From the NCBI GenBank assembly GCA_023145615.1, contig JAGLDK010000032.1:1-52683 (forward strand): a DNA stretch of 52,683 nucleotides, in the 5' to 3' direction. Of this stretch, positions 43,130 through 52,683 are shown piece after piece. Origin of the DNA: Ichthyobacteriaceae bacterium (GTDB taxonomy: Bacteria; Bacteroidota; Bacteroidia; Flavobacteriales; JADGDT01). Under the pieces are notes generated by a model. It was not told the DNA's origin. It saw only the letters and a program-made list of their open reading frames with translations, and searched no databases. How positions within the stretch are numbered: position 1 is the first letter of the stretch; every line of letters begins with the position of its first letter. The position numbers and the translations under genes are program-made.

Positions 43130-44365
43130 ATGAACTTTACGTTAATGCTGATTATTGTATCTGTAATATTTATTACTATTGATACATATGCTTTTAGAGC
43201 TATAAAAAGGCTTACATCAAATAAAATTATTTGGTTTGTTTATTGGGCTACAACTTTTGTGGTTTTGCTAAATGCTTTACTTGTTATGCGTAATTTTTCG
43301 TATTACGAAGGCACAACTTTATCAACATTAAAAGCATCGGGTTGGTTATCTGTAATTTATCTGCCCAAATTAATAATGGTGACTATAATGTTTGGAGAAG
43401 ATATTTTCAGACTTATTTATACAGGAATTGACTTTGTGTTTAAAAAACTTTTATTGAAATCGGACGAGGAAAAGTTTATGCCTCAACGCCGTAAATTTAT
43501 AAGCAAAATGGCAATAGGTTTGGCATCAATTCAGTTTGGGGCTGTTGCATACGGAATTGTAAAAGGAAAATTCAACTTTAAAGTTTTTAAGGAGAATGTT
43601 TTTTTCGACGATTTACCAACTGAATTCGATGGTTTTACAATTACCCAAATATCGGATGTGCATATTGGTAGCTTTCAGGATAAGAAAGAAATTGCCAAGG
43701 CCATTGAAATGATAAACGAACTACAATCGGATATTGTTGTTTTTACGGGTGATTTGGTTAATAATAAATCGACAGAAATGGATGGTTGGATTGATTGTTT
43801 TTCCAAAATAAAAGCCAAGCACGGAAAATATAGTGTATTAGGAAATCATGATTACGGAGATTACGTTAAATGGCATTCGGAAGAAGAAAAAGAAAACAAC
43901 ATGAAACAGATGTACAATGTTCATGAAAGTATTGGTTTTGAGTTGTTGAATAATCAAAATAAAATGTTTACCCGAAACAACAAAAGCATATCGTTAATTG
44001 GAGTTGAAAATTGGGGTTTAAAGTTTAAGCAACGTGGAGATGTTGATTTGGCAATGCAAGGAATTGATGAAAATGATTTTAAAGTTCTTCTGTCTCACGA
44101 TCCTTCGTATTGGGATGAAGTTATAAAAACACACAAAAACAAAATTCATTTAACACTTTCGGGGCATACACACGGTATGCAATACGGAATTGAAGTGCCC
44201 GGAATTAGTTGGAGTCCGATACAATATATTTACAAACATTGGGCGGGTTTGTTTAAAGAGCACAATAGATATTTATACGTAAATAGAGGTTTTGGGTTTC
44301 ATGCTTTTCCGGGAAGAGTTGGTATTTGGCCTGAAATAACAAAAATTACTTTAAGAAAAACTTAG
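43130..44365 (+). CDS. Membrane-bound calcineurin-like metallophosphoesterase (YkuE/YaeI-like)
   Basis: N-terminal TM helices, QISDVHIG, TGDLVN, LGNHDY, LSHDP, LSGHTHG and YVNRGFG. Confidence 0.92.
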   Translation: MNFTLMLIIVSVIFITIDTYAFRAIKRLTSNKIIWFVYWATTFVVLLNALLVMRNFSYYEGTTLSTLKASGWLSVIYLPKLIMVTIMFGEDIFRLIYTGIDFVFKKLLLKSDEEKFMPQRRKFISKMAIGLASIQFGAVAYGIVKGKFNFKVFKENVFFDDLPTEFDGFTITQISDVHIGSFQDKKEIAKAIEMINELQSDIVVFTGDLVNNKSTEMDGWIDCFSKIKAKHGKYSVLGNHDYGDYVKWHSEEEKENNMKQMYNVHESIGFELLNNQNKMFTRNNKSISLIGVENWGLKFKQRGDVDLAMQGIDENDFKVLLSHDPSYWDEVIKTHKNKIHLTLSGHTHGMQYGIEVPGISWSPIQYIYKHWAGLFKEHNRYLYVNRGFGFHAFPGRVGIWPEITKITLRKT

Positions 44366-44487
44366 TAGTTTTATTATGGATAATTGTGTGTGAAATTTGG
44401 TTGGTTTAATTGATTAGTAGTGAAGTTTAGTGTTAAGTTTTATTACGTAGTTGTATTATAGTAAGTTAAAGTATATCCCCGAAATTT

Positions 44488-46863
44488 ATGAAAACAAAAA
44501 TAATATTTGCATTGCTGATGTTTTGCACATCTTTTCTTTTTTCTCAAAATAAAAACATAACAATATCGGGTTATGTAAAAGAGAAAGGTTCGGAAGAGTT
44601 GTTAATAGGAGTTAATGTTTATTTAAAAGGTACTTTATATGGAACTACAAGTAATTCGTATGGATTTTATTCTTTAACATTTCCTGCTCAAAGCGGAGAA
44701 GTTGCGTTTTCGTATGTTGGATTTACATCGATAGTTTTAAAAGAAAATTTTGACAAAGATAAAATAGAAAATACTTATTTGGTTGTTGATAATTTACTTG
44801 ATGAGGTTGTTGTTACTGCCGATATTGACGAAAAAATATCATCGAAAGTAGAAATGAGTGTGCTTAATTTAAAGGCAAATCAAATAAATGAAATTCCGGC
44901 TTTGCTTGGAGAAAAAGATGTTTTTAAAACTTTGCAACTTATGCCTGGCGTACGTTCGGGTAGTGAGGCAAGTTCGGGGCTTTATGTTAGGGGTGGAGGT
45001 CCCGACCAAAATTTAGTTATTTTAGATGATGCGCCGGTTTATAATGCCATGCACTTATTCGGATTTTTCTCGGTTTTTAATGGTAATGCAATTAAAAATA
45101 TTGAAATGTTTAAGGGAGGTTTTCCTGCACGTTTCGGAGGCCGACTTTCTTCGGTTGTTGATATTAGCATGAAAGATGGTAATAAAAGTGAGTTTGGAGG
45201 AGAGGCAAGTATAGGTTTAATATCATCGAATTTAATTTTAGAAGGACCTATTGGAAAGAATAAAAAATCATCGTTTATAGTATCGGGTAGGCGTACTTAT
45301 ATTGATATTTTGACTGCTCCAATAATAAAAATTCAATCGGGAGGTACTGATGCGGGATATTATTTTTACGATTTAAATGCTAAACTTAATTACGAAATTA
45401 GCAATAGAGATAAGTTGTATTTAAGTGGATATTTTGGAAAGGATAGGTTTTATGGAAATGAGGAAAATGAGCAGACAGAATTGTATTGGCAAAACGCTAC
45501 ATCAACAGTTAGGTGGAATCATTTATTTAGCGGTAAGTTGTTTAGTAACACATCGTTTATTTACAGTAATTATAATTTAAATATTTCGTCGGAAGAAAAT
45601 TATACAAATCAAACATCAAAAAGTAGTTATAAATCGGGGATAAGAGATTTTAGTTTGAAAACCGATTTTACGTGGGTGCCAAACAATTTTAATTATATAC
45701 GTTTTGGTGCGTCAATTACTCATCATTTATTTACTCCAAGTGCTGTACGGTTTCAAAATTCATCATCTCAGAACGATGAAAGCATAAGTGTTAAAGAGTT
45801 AAATTCGGTTGAAACTTCGGCTTATATTGAAGATGAATGGAAAGTTACCAGTAAAATAAAAGTAAATGCAGGAGTTAGATTAAATAATTTTCAGCACGAA
45901 TCTACATCGTATTTTAAAATAGAACCTCGTTTATTAACAAGTTTTATTATTGCAAATAATATGTCGGTAAAGGCTTCTTATACCGAAATGAATCAGAATA
46001 TACATTTGTTAACTTCAACCGGAATAGGCTTGCCAACCGATTTATGGGTTCCGGCAACCGACAGAATTGCTCCACAATTTGCACGTCAGTTTGCGGTTGG
46101 TATAGATAAAGATTTCGATAAGCCAACACTTTCGGTTTCGTTAGAGGGGTACTACAAAGCCATGAATGATATTATATCGTATAAAGAAGGAGCAAATTTT
46201 ATGATGATTTCGAACCCCGACGAAAACGATGAGTTTAATTACGAAGATGCAGTTACTGTTGGAAAAGGGTATTCATATGGTGCCGAATTATTAATTCGTA
46301 AAAAGGTTGGCAAACTTACTGGCTGGATTGGTTACACGTTATCGTTAACAAAATATAAGTTTGATGATTTAAATAATGGAAATGAATTTTTTCCTCGTCA
46401 TGATAGAAGGCACGATATTTCGGTAGTAGGTGTTTATAAACTTTCGGAAAATATAACACTTAGTTCAACATGGGTTTATGGTACTGGAGATGCTATTACT
46501 TTGGCAGGAAGTACATATAACGCAACTACAAACGATGCTAATAATACTAGCACTTATAACGATTATTTACAGAGTATAAGTAATGGTTATCAGTTAGGAA
46601 ACGCAAGAGGGGTTAGTTATTACAACGATAAAAATTCGTTTAGAATGGGTGCTTATCATCGACTAGATTTTGGAGCCCGATTTAAAAAGGTTTTAGAAAG
46701 CGGAAATACCCGAACTTGGGAAGTATCGGTTTATAATATCTATAACCGAAATAATCCGTTTTATTACGAAAATGGTTTCGATTACGAAACTAAAGAAACC
46801 AAGTTATATCAAGTGTCGTTATTTCCAATTATACCAAGTGTTTCATATACTCTGAAATTTTAA
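44488..46863 (+). CDS. TonB-dependent receptor with N-terminal carboxypeptidase-regulatory-like domain
   Basis: ISGYVKE...GTTSNSYGFYSL, LDEVVV, plug LQLMPGV...YVRGGGPDQNL, GGFPARFGGRLSSV and C-terminal SVSYTLKF. Confidence 0.92.
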   Translation: MKTKIIFALLMFCTSFLFSQNKNITISGYVKEKGSEELLIGVNVYLKGTLYGTTSNSYGFYSLTFPAQSGEVAFSYVGFTSIVLKENFDKDKIENTYLVVDNLLDEVVVTADIDEKISSKVEMSVLNLKANQINEIPALLGEKDVFKTLQLMPGVRSGSEASSGLYVRGGGPDQNLVILDDAPVYNAMHLFGFFSVFNGNAIKNIEMFKGGFPARFGGRLSSVVDISMKDGNKSEFGGEASIGLISSNLILEGPIGKNKKSSFIVSGRRTYIDILTAPIIKIQSGGTDAGYYFYDLNAKLNYEISNRDKLYLSGYFGKDRFYGNEENEQTELYWQNATSTVRWNHLFSGKLFSNTSFIYSNYNLNISSEENYTNQTSKSSYKSGIRDFSLKTDFTWVPNNFNYIRFGASITHHLFTPSAVRFQNSSSQNDESISVKELNSVETSAYIEDEWKVTSKIKVNAGVRLNNFQHESTSYFKIEPRLLTSFIIANNMSVKASYTEMNQNIHLLTSTGIGLPTDLWVPATDRIAPQFARQFAVGIDKDFDKPTLSVSLEGYYKAMNDIISYKEGANFMMISNPDENDEFNYEDAVTVGKGYSYGAELLIRKKVGKLTGWIGYTLSLTKYKFDDLNNGNEFFPRHDRRHDISVVGVYKLSENITLSSTWVYGTGDAITLAGSTYNATTNDANNTSTYNDYLQSISNGYQLGNARGVSYYNDKNSFRMGAYHRLDFGARFKKVLESGNTRTWEVSVYNIYNRNNPFYYENGFDYETKETKLYQVSLFPIIPSVSYTLKF

Positions 46864-46873
46864 AGCTAAAATT

Positions 46874-47785
46874 ATGAAAATATTTTTAAGAATATTAGTG
46901 GTGTTATTAATTGTTTCATCGTGCCGAAAAGAAGCTGATATTGATGTGCCAAATGGAGACCCGCAGTTGGTTGTAACTAATTTTATTACTGTAAATACTG
47001 ATACTTCTTTTGTAAGAGTATTGTGGAGTGAGCCAATTTATAATAATGCAGGTTTTAATCAGTACAATAATAATTACAAACATGTTGAAAATGCCGATGT
47101 TAATATTATAAATAATGGCAAAAAGCATAAGTTGATATACGATAAGTTAGGGGTTTATTATACAGCTGATGTTGATTTTAATATTGGAGATAAAGTTGAA
47201 CTAAGTGTTAATTATGATGAAAAAAATAAACTAACAGCTTTGTGTAAAATACCTGTAGAGCCAAAATATAAAATTGAGTATTTAAATACCGATAGTATTT
47301 ATGTTGATGAGTGGAGTGTTAAAATTATGGAAGAATTTAAGTTTACAGCTTTAAATAAAGGTAGTAACTATTATGCTTTGCATTTAAATGTTTTTTACGA
47401 AAGCAATATTTACAATTATAATGATAAAGACAAGTTGGTAGATGGTGTTAAAAGTGTGCAAAAAAGTACATCGTGGTTCGATAAAAGTTATTTTGAATTA
47501 GACGAAAATAAAAGTGTTATTCTCCGTCATATTAAATATGTAAATGCAAACCGAGAAACTGATTTAGATGTGATTTATTCTAATAAAGAAATTAACGATT
47601 CAATTGAGTTTATAGCACTTACCTGTGATGTTGATTATTTTAAATATCATAAATCTATTGAAAAATATGGCTATGGAGGAGCTGATGTTTTTACCGAACC
47701 TGTTATTGTTTATAGTAATGTAATTGGAGGTTTGGGTGTTTTTGGTGCTTATAATAGAGTAACACAAAATGTACTTATTAAATAA
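46874..47785 (+). CDS. DUF4249-family lipoprotein
   Basis: Lipobox IVSSC, PQLVV near the N-terminus, C-terminal EPVIVYSNVIGGLGVFGA. Starts 10 nt after the TonB receptor. Confidence 0.82.
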   Translation: MKIFLRILVVLLIVSSCRKEADIDVPNGDPQLVVTNFITVNTDTSFVRVLWSEPIYNNAGFNQYNNNYKHVENADVNIINNGKKHKLIYDKLGVYYTADVDFNIGDKVELSVNYDEKNKLTALCKIPVEPKYKIEYLNTDSIYVDEWSVKIMEEFKFTALNKGSNYYALHLNVFYESNIYNYNDKDKLVDGVKSVQKSTSWFDKSYFELDENKSVILRHIKYVNANRETDLDVIYSNKEINDSIEFIALTCDVDYFKYHKSIEKYGYGGADVFTEPVIVYSNVIGGLGVFGAYNRVTQNVLIK

Positions 47786-48035
47786 ATTGAATGTTGTTGA
47801 TTACTGTTTTTAATGAACTTAATTATAAGTTTTTTCATTTAAGACTTGAATTCAAGAAATATATTTATTTACAATAAATAATTGCAATATTTTTAGGGAA
47901 ATTGATGTTGTATCTAAAACACTATAAATACGTTGTTTGTCGAAAATAAACAACTGTTAGTCAGTGAGTTGTTATCTTTATTATTGATTCTGCCCATTTC
48001 CATGTACAGATGACAATAATAAAAAAAATGATGTT

Positions 48036-49301
48036 ATGTTTATAAGGTACACCTTCCACTTTGCATTAATAATTATGTTTGGTGCATTAATTTCTTCGTG
48101 TAGCGAAGAACCAAAAAAAACAGCACCACCTGTTTTAAAAATTCCAGTAGTAAATGTTAAGCAAATGGATTTTCCGGTTAAAGGAGAATTTGTAGGGCAG
48201 ACCTTTGGACAAAAAGATATTCAGATACGGGCTCGTATTGATGGTTTTTTAGAAGGAATATATTTTAAAGAAGGTAAGGAAGTTAAAAAAGGTCAGCTTT
48301 TATATAAGATTGATTCTAAAACATTCAGAGCCAATGTAGCTACTGCAAAAAGTAAACTTGCAGCATCGCAAACATTGCTTACAAAAGCACGAAATGATTT
48401 AAACAGAATGACACCCCTTGCTGAACAAAATGCGGTAAGTCAAAGTCAGTTAGATCAATCAAGAGCAAGTTACAAAGGAGCCGAGTCGGGTGTAGCAGCT
48501 GCAAAGTCAGGTTTAAGAGTTGCCGAAATTCAATTGAGTTATGCCGAAATACATTCTCCAATTAATGGAGTTATAGGTATGACATTTGCACGTGTTGGAG
48601 ATTATGTAGGTATGGCACCAAATCCTATTATATTAAATACGGTATCTCAGGTAGATAATGTGTTAGTTAAGTTTAGTATTCCTGAAGCTATGTATTTGAA
48701 GTATGCCAGAGCAAAAGGAAAAATTGATACTATGTCAGTGTCTCCTCAAAATCCAATTTTAGAGTTAATACTTTCTGATGGTTCGTTGTACGATCATACC
48801 GGAGAGATTGATTTAATTGATAATCAGGTTGATCCACGTACAGGTTCGGTACGTGCTCAGGCTCACTTTCCTAATCCCGATGGAATATTACGTCCAGGTT
48901 TATTTGCAAGAATACGTACTGTGTTAAGTGTTAAGAAAAATGCCTTGCTTGTGCCACAAACAAGTGTACAATTTATACAGGGTAAACCAAATGTTTTACT
49001 TGTTGATGCTGATAATAAAATAAAGTTTCAGCTTGTAGAAGTTGGAGAGCATTATAAGAATTTTTGGGAAATTGTTAGTGGAGTTAAATCAGGAGATAGG
49101 GTAGTATTAACTGGAGCTCAAAAATTGCGAACCGGAAGCGAAATATCTCCTATTGAAACTGAGTTTAAAATTAAAGATATTACATCTCCTTTAGATACTG
49201 TTAAAGCTAAAGTACAAGCTGATACAACAAAAGCTAATACAAAAGTTAATGCAAAATCGGATACAAAAGTTAATGAAAAAAAAATAAAAGATAAAAAATA
49301 G
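48036..49301 (+). CDS. RND efflux periplasmic adaptor (MFP), lipoprotein
   Basis: ISSC lipobox, IRARIDGFL...EGKEVKKGQLLYKID, IHSPING, VDPRTGSV and LRPGLFARI. Confidence 0.93.
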   Translation: MFIRYTFHFALIIMFGALISSCSEEPKKTAPPVLKIPVVNVKQMDFPVKGEFVGQTFGQKDIQIRARIDGFLEGIYFKEGKEVKKGQLLYKIDSKTFRANVATAKSKLAASQTLLTKARNDLNRMTPLAEQNAVSQSQLDQSRASYKGAESGVAAAKSGLRVAEIQLSYAEIHSPINGVIGMTFARVGDYVGMAPNPIILNTVSQVDNVLVKFSIPEAMYLKYARAKGKIDTMSVSPQNPILELILSDGSLYDHTGEIDLIDNQVDPRTGSVRAQAHFPNPDGILRPGLFARIRTVLSVKKNALLVPQTSVQFIQGKPNVLLVDADNKIKFQLVEVGEHYKNFWEIVSGVKSGDRVVLTGAQKLRTGSEISPIETEFKIKDITSPLDTVKAKVQADTTKANTKVNAKSDTKVNEKKIKDKK

Positions 49302-49308
49302 AATTACT

Positions 49309-52300
49309 ATGGCAGAACAAGATGGAAACTTTTTTGTGAGTAGACCTATTGTGGCAATGGTAATTGCTATTATAATGGTTATAGTAGGAGTAATTGCAAT
49401 GACGGGTTTGCCAATGGAGCAATATCCCGATATTACACCTCCCTCAGTACGTGTACGTACTTTTTATACCGGAGCTAGTGCGCTTACGGTAGAACAATCG
49501 GTAGCAACCCCGCTTGAGCAAGAGCTTAATGGTGTTGATAATATGCTTTACATGAAAAGTATAAATGCCGATAATGGATCGATGGTTATTGTTATTTCAT
49601 TCGAGGTTGGATCGGACCCCGATATGAACAATGTACTTACTCAAAACGGAGTTAGTGCGGCAACATCTAAATTACCGGTTGAGGTTAAGCGTTTTGGTGT
49701 AATTGCCAAAAAAGCAATGAGTAACGTGGCAATGATTGTTGCACTTACCGATACTAGTGGACGTTATGATAAAACGTTTTTAGGAAACTATGGATTAATA
49801 AATATTAAAGATTATTTAGCACGTTTGCCTGGTGTAGGTAGGGTTGATGTAATGGGATCGAGTGATTATTCAATGCGTATTTGGGTTCGTCCCGATAAAT
49901 TATCGCAAATGGGTATTTCGGTAACCGAAATTTCTGCAGCTATTCGTTCTCAAAACGTAACATCTCCGGGTGGTAAGTTTGGTGCCGAACCTGCTCCAAA
50001 AGGAAATGCTTTAACATATACAGTACGTTTACCAGACAGGCTTTCGAATAAAGAAGAATTCGAAAATATTGTTATTCGTACAAACCCTGATGGATCTCAA
50101 GTAAAAGTAAGAGATGTTGCTAGGGTAGAATTAGGTACCGTAATGTATTCGATGAATCCTAGTGTGAACGGAAAAGATGCGGCTATTATTGCTGTTTATC
50201 AAGCTCCGGGATCTAATACAGTTGCGTTAAGTAAAACTATAACAGATAAAATGGATGAGCTTCAAACTAACTTTCCTGAAGGAATGAAGTATGAAGTTAC
50301 ATTAGATGGTTCGGCTCCAGTTGTTGCTGGTATCGACGAAATTATAGAAACCCTTATTATTGCATTGTTACTTGTAATATTTGTAGTGTTTATTTTTATT
50401 CAAAATTGGAGGGCTACATTAATTCCAATACTTGCAATTCCGGTATCGTTAATTGCAACATTTGCATTGTTTCCGGTGTTCGGATTTTCTTTAAATGTAC
50501 TTTCGTTATTAGGTTTAGTATTAGCAATAGGTATAGTTGTGGATGATGCCATAGTGGTGGTAGAAGCTGTGGAGGTAAATATGGCAAAAGGTATGAACCC
50601 CAAGGCAGCTACAATTCAAGCAATGAAAGAAGTTACAGCGCCAGTAATAGCAACTACTTTGGTATTGATGGCAGTGTTTATTCCTGTGGCTGGTATGCCC
50701 GGTATTACAGGTAAGTTGTATCAGCAATTTGCACTTACTATAGCTATTTCGGTATTCTTTTCGGCAATAAATGCATTGTCGCTTACTCCAGCTTTATCAG
50801 CATTGATATTAAAAGAGCATTCGCACGAAGAAAAGAAAAAAGTATTACTCGATAAATTATTCGATTGGTTCAATGTAAAGTTCGATAAATTTACTGGCTC
50901 GTATATGAATATGAGTAAAAAAATAGGTAAAAAATCTCCAAGAGCTTTTATTTTTATAATGATTGTTGCAGTTAGTATTTGGGCGGTTGGTAAAGCATTG
51001 CCAGGTGGATTTGTGCCAGGAGAGGATCAAGGTTATTTCTTTGTAAATATTCAACTTCCCGATGGGGCATCACTTCAGCGTACAACTAAAACGTGTAAAG
51101 ATGTTGAGGCTATTTTAAATAAACACCCCGAAATTAAATTTGTTACAACAGCAGCGGGTATTAGTTTGTTGTCAACAACTAAATCAACAAACTCAGGATT
51201 TATGTTTGTTAAAATGGTTGATTGGGACGACAGAGAAATTACCGCAAAAGAATTATCAGCACAAGTTAATAAAGAGTTGTATATGGGTATAAACGATGCA
51301 CAAGTGTTTTCGTTTCAACCACCTCCAATACCAGGTTTAGGTACCGGAGCAGGTTTCTCAATTATGATTCAAGATAGGGGAGGTAATACAGTAGAGTATT
51401 TGGCCGAAAATGCAAACAAGTTTATTGCAGCAGCAAATGCTCGTCCCGAAATTGCACGTGCATTTACAACTTTCCGTGCAGCAGTACCTCAAAAATACTT
51501 GAAGGTTAATAAAGAAAAAGCACTTAAAATGGGTGTTGATTTAAATGAGCTTTATTATACAGTTGGTGCATTTTTAGGAGGATCGTATGTAAATGACTTT
51601 AATAAATTTGGTAGATTATATAAAACATATATTCAGGCCGAACCAGAATATAGAATTGATGAATCGAAGTTAAGTTTGTTTTATATCAATAATAAAGAAG
51701 GTGCTAGTGTGCCATTAAAAACTTTAATTGATGTTGAGGATGTTAGTGGTCCGGAATATACAAACAGGTTTAACTTGTTAAGATCGGTAAAAGTAACAGG
51801 TGCACCATCTCCCGAATATACATCGAAAGAAGCAATGGATGCTTTAGAGGAAGTTGCAGCTGAGGTGTTGCCGGCTAATATGACTTATTCTTGGGCGGAT
51901 ATGTCGTATCAAGAAAAGAAAGCCGATTCTGGTACAGGGATATTCTTATTATCGTTAGTGTTTATTTTCTTGGTATTAGCAGCTCAATACGAAAGTTGGA
52001 CATTGCCATTTACAATACTTTTAGGAACACCGTTTGCGGTTTTAGGAGCAATGACAGCATTGTTTGTAGCACGATTTTTCTCAAATAGTTTCGAGTTTAA
52101 TGTTTATGCACAAATATCGTTGGTTATGTTAATAGCCATGGCAGCCAAAAATTCAATACTGATAATTGAGTATGCAAACGAGTTGTTTAAAGAAAAAGGA
52201 TTGTCGTTGTACGATGCGGCAATGGAAGGTGCAAAATTACGTTTCCGACCAATTTTAATGACTGCATTTGCATTTATATTCGGAATATTTCCGTTGGTAG

Positions 52301-52485
52301 TTGCATCAGGAGCAGGAGCCGAAGCTCGTAAAGTAATGGGTATGGCATTGCTTGGAGGAATGGGTTTAGCAACGTTTTTAGGAGTATTTATTACGCCAGC
52401 ATTATTTATTTTAATAGGAAAGACGTTTAAGTACGAAGAGAAAAGAGCTAAGGAATTAAAGGAAAAAGAATTAAAAGAAGAATAG
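49309..52485 (+). CDS. RND efflux permease, HAE1/AcrB family
   Basis: FFVSRPIVA, QYPDITPP, AIGIVVDDAIVVVE, AAKNSILIIE and RFRPILMT. Confidence 0.96.
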   Translation: MAEQDGNFFVSRPIVAMVIAIIMVIVGVIAMTGLPMEQYPDITPPSVRVRTFYTGASALTVEQSVATPLEQELNGVDNMLYMKSINADNGSMVIVISFEVGSDPDMNNVLTQNGVSAATSKLPVEVKRFGVIAKKAMSNVAMIVALTDTSGRYDKTFLGNYGLINIKDYLARLPGVGRVDVMGSSDYSMRIWVRPDKLSQMGISVTEISAAIRSQNVTSPGGKFGAEPAPKGNALTYTVRLPDRLSNKEEFENIVIRTNPDGSQVKVRDVARVELGTVMYSMNPSVNGKDAAIIAVYQAPGSNTVALSKTITDKMDELQTNFPEGMKYEVTLDGSAPVVAGIDEIIETLIIALLLVIFVVFIFIQNWRATLIPILAIPVSLIATFALFPVFGFSLNVLSLLGLVLAIGIVVDDAIVVVEAVEVNMAKGMNPKAATIQAMKEVTAPVIATTLVLMAVFIPVAGMPGITGKLYQQFALTIAISVFFSAINALSLTPALSALILKEHSHEEKKKVLLDKLFDWFNVKFDKFTGSYMNMSKKIGKKSPRAFIFIMIVAVSIWAVGKALPGGFVPGEDQGYFFVNIQLPDGASLQRTTKTCKDVEAILNKHPEIKFVTTAAGISLLSTTKSTNSGFMFVKMVDWDDREITAKELSAQVNKELYMGINDAQVFSFQPPPIPGLGTGAGFSIMIQDRGGNTVEYLAENANKFIAAANARPEIARAFTTFRAAVPQKYLKVNKEKALKMGVDLNELYYTVGAFLGGSYVNDFNKFGRLYKTYIQAEPEYRIDESKLSLFYINNKEGASVPLKTLIDVEDVSGPEYTNRFNLLRSVKVTGAPSPEYTSKEAMDALEEVAAEVLPANMTYSWADMSYQEKKADSGTGIFLLSLVFIFLVLAAQYESWTLPFTILLGTPFAVLGAMTALFVARFFSNSFEFNVYAQISLVMLIAMAAKNSILIIEYANELFKEKGLSLYDAAMEGAKLRFRPILMTAFAFIFGIFPLVVASGAGAEARKVMGMALLGGMGLATFLGVFITPALFILIGKTFKYEEKRAKELKEKELKEE

Positions 52486-52497
52486 GAAATTATAAGA

Positions 52498-52548
52498 TGT
52501 AAATCGAACACAAAATCAACGTATAATTTGTTTGTTGTTCGGTTTACA
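52498..52548 (+). terminator. Hairpin downstream of the RND permease
   Basis: TGTAAATCGAACA...TGTTCGGTTTACA, 13-bp stem with one G-U pair. No strong T tract. Confidence 0.35.
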
Positions 52549-52683
52549 AACTTATTGCTTTAAAAGTTTTTTTTAGAATGTGTATTTGATAATTAATAAC
52601 TATTGTTAGATAATTATACAATTATTTTAAATCAATTTACTGTTGTAATAGTCTGTTTTTTTTTGTAGTAACACATTGTTTAT

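Noticed and set aside
1027-52511. Numerous 60-135 aa ORFs overlapping larger genes (e.g. 1027-1308, 26974-27285, 42385-42759, 52104-52511)
   Set aside because: Shadow ORFs antisense or out of frame to well-supported genes, with no motifs.
1-52683. Transposases, integrases, prophage genes, rRNA
   Set aside because: No ORF with recognisable DDE, tyrosine/serine recombinase or phage motifs, no rRNA-like sequence, and no partial tRNA-Phe duplicate (att site) seen elsewhere in the window.

Overview
AT-rich Bacteroidota chromosome window. Evidence: TAnnTTTG promoters, T9SS C-terminal domains, a mevalonate pathway and Flavobacteriia-like gene order. It is mostly housekeeping: tig-clpP-clpX, mvaD/mvk/UbiA-family, a pseudouridine synthase, four tandem tRNA-Phe(GAA), a coaX-beta-barrel-TPR-lptC-CNNM/CBS-ppiD cluster, the pheA-aminotransferase-tyrA-DAHP synthase/chorismate mutase operon, oxyR, a TRIC/UPF0126 transporter, gcvP, a metallophosphoesterase, a TonB receptor + DUF4249 lipoprotein and an RND pair. 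There are three accessory blocks: (1) the end of a type I R-M hsdR next to an orphan DRTGG/PHP/HATPase trio usually found in [FeFe]-hydrogenase loci; (2) two T9SS-secreted glycan enzymes (GHL10 and CE4-like); (3) the best candidate for an undescribed system, a cytoplasmic TIGR03032/DUF4915 protein fused to a degenerate GNAT domain beside a 1963-aa T9SS protein with three 5x FG-GAP modules and an apparently 79-residue extended signal peptide. Signals missing from the ORF track: a 24-aa Phe/Tyr-rich leader peptide with a complete attenuator upstream of pheA; a 42-bp dispersed intergenic element present twice 17 kb apart (39/42 identical, inverted); and a terminator-plus-promoter junction suggesting leaderless clpX. 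All family calls come from motif recognition by eye, not from database searches.
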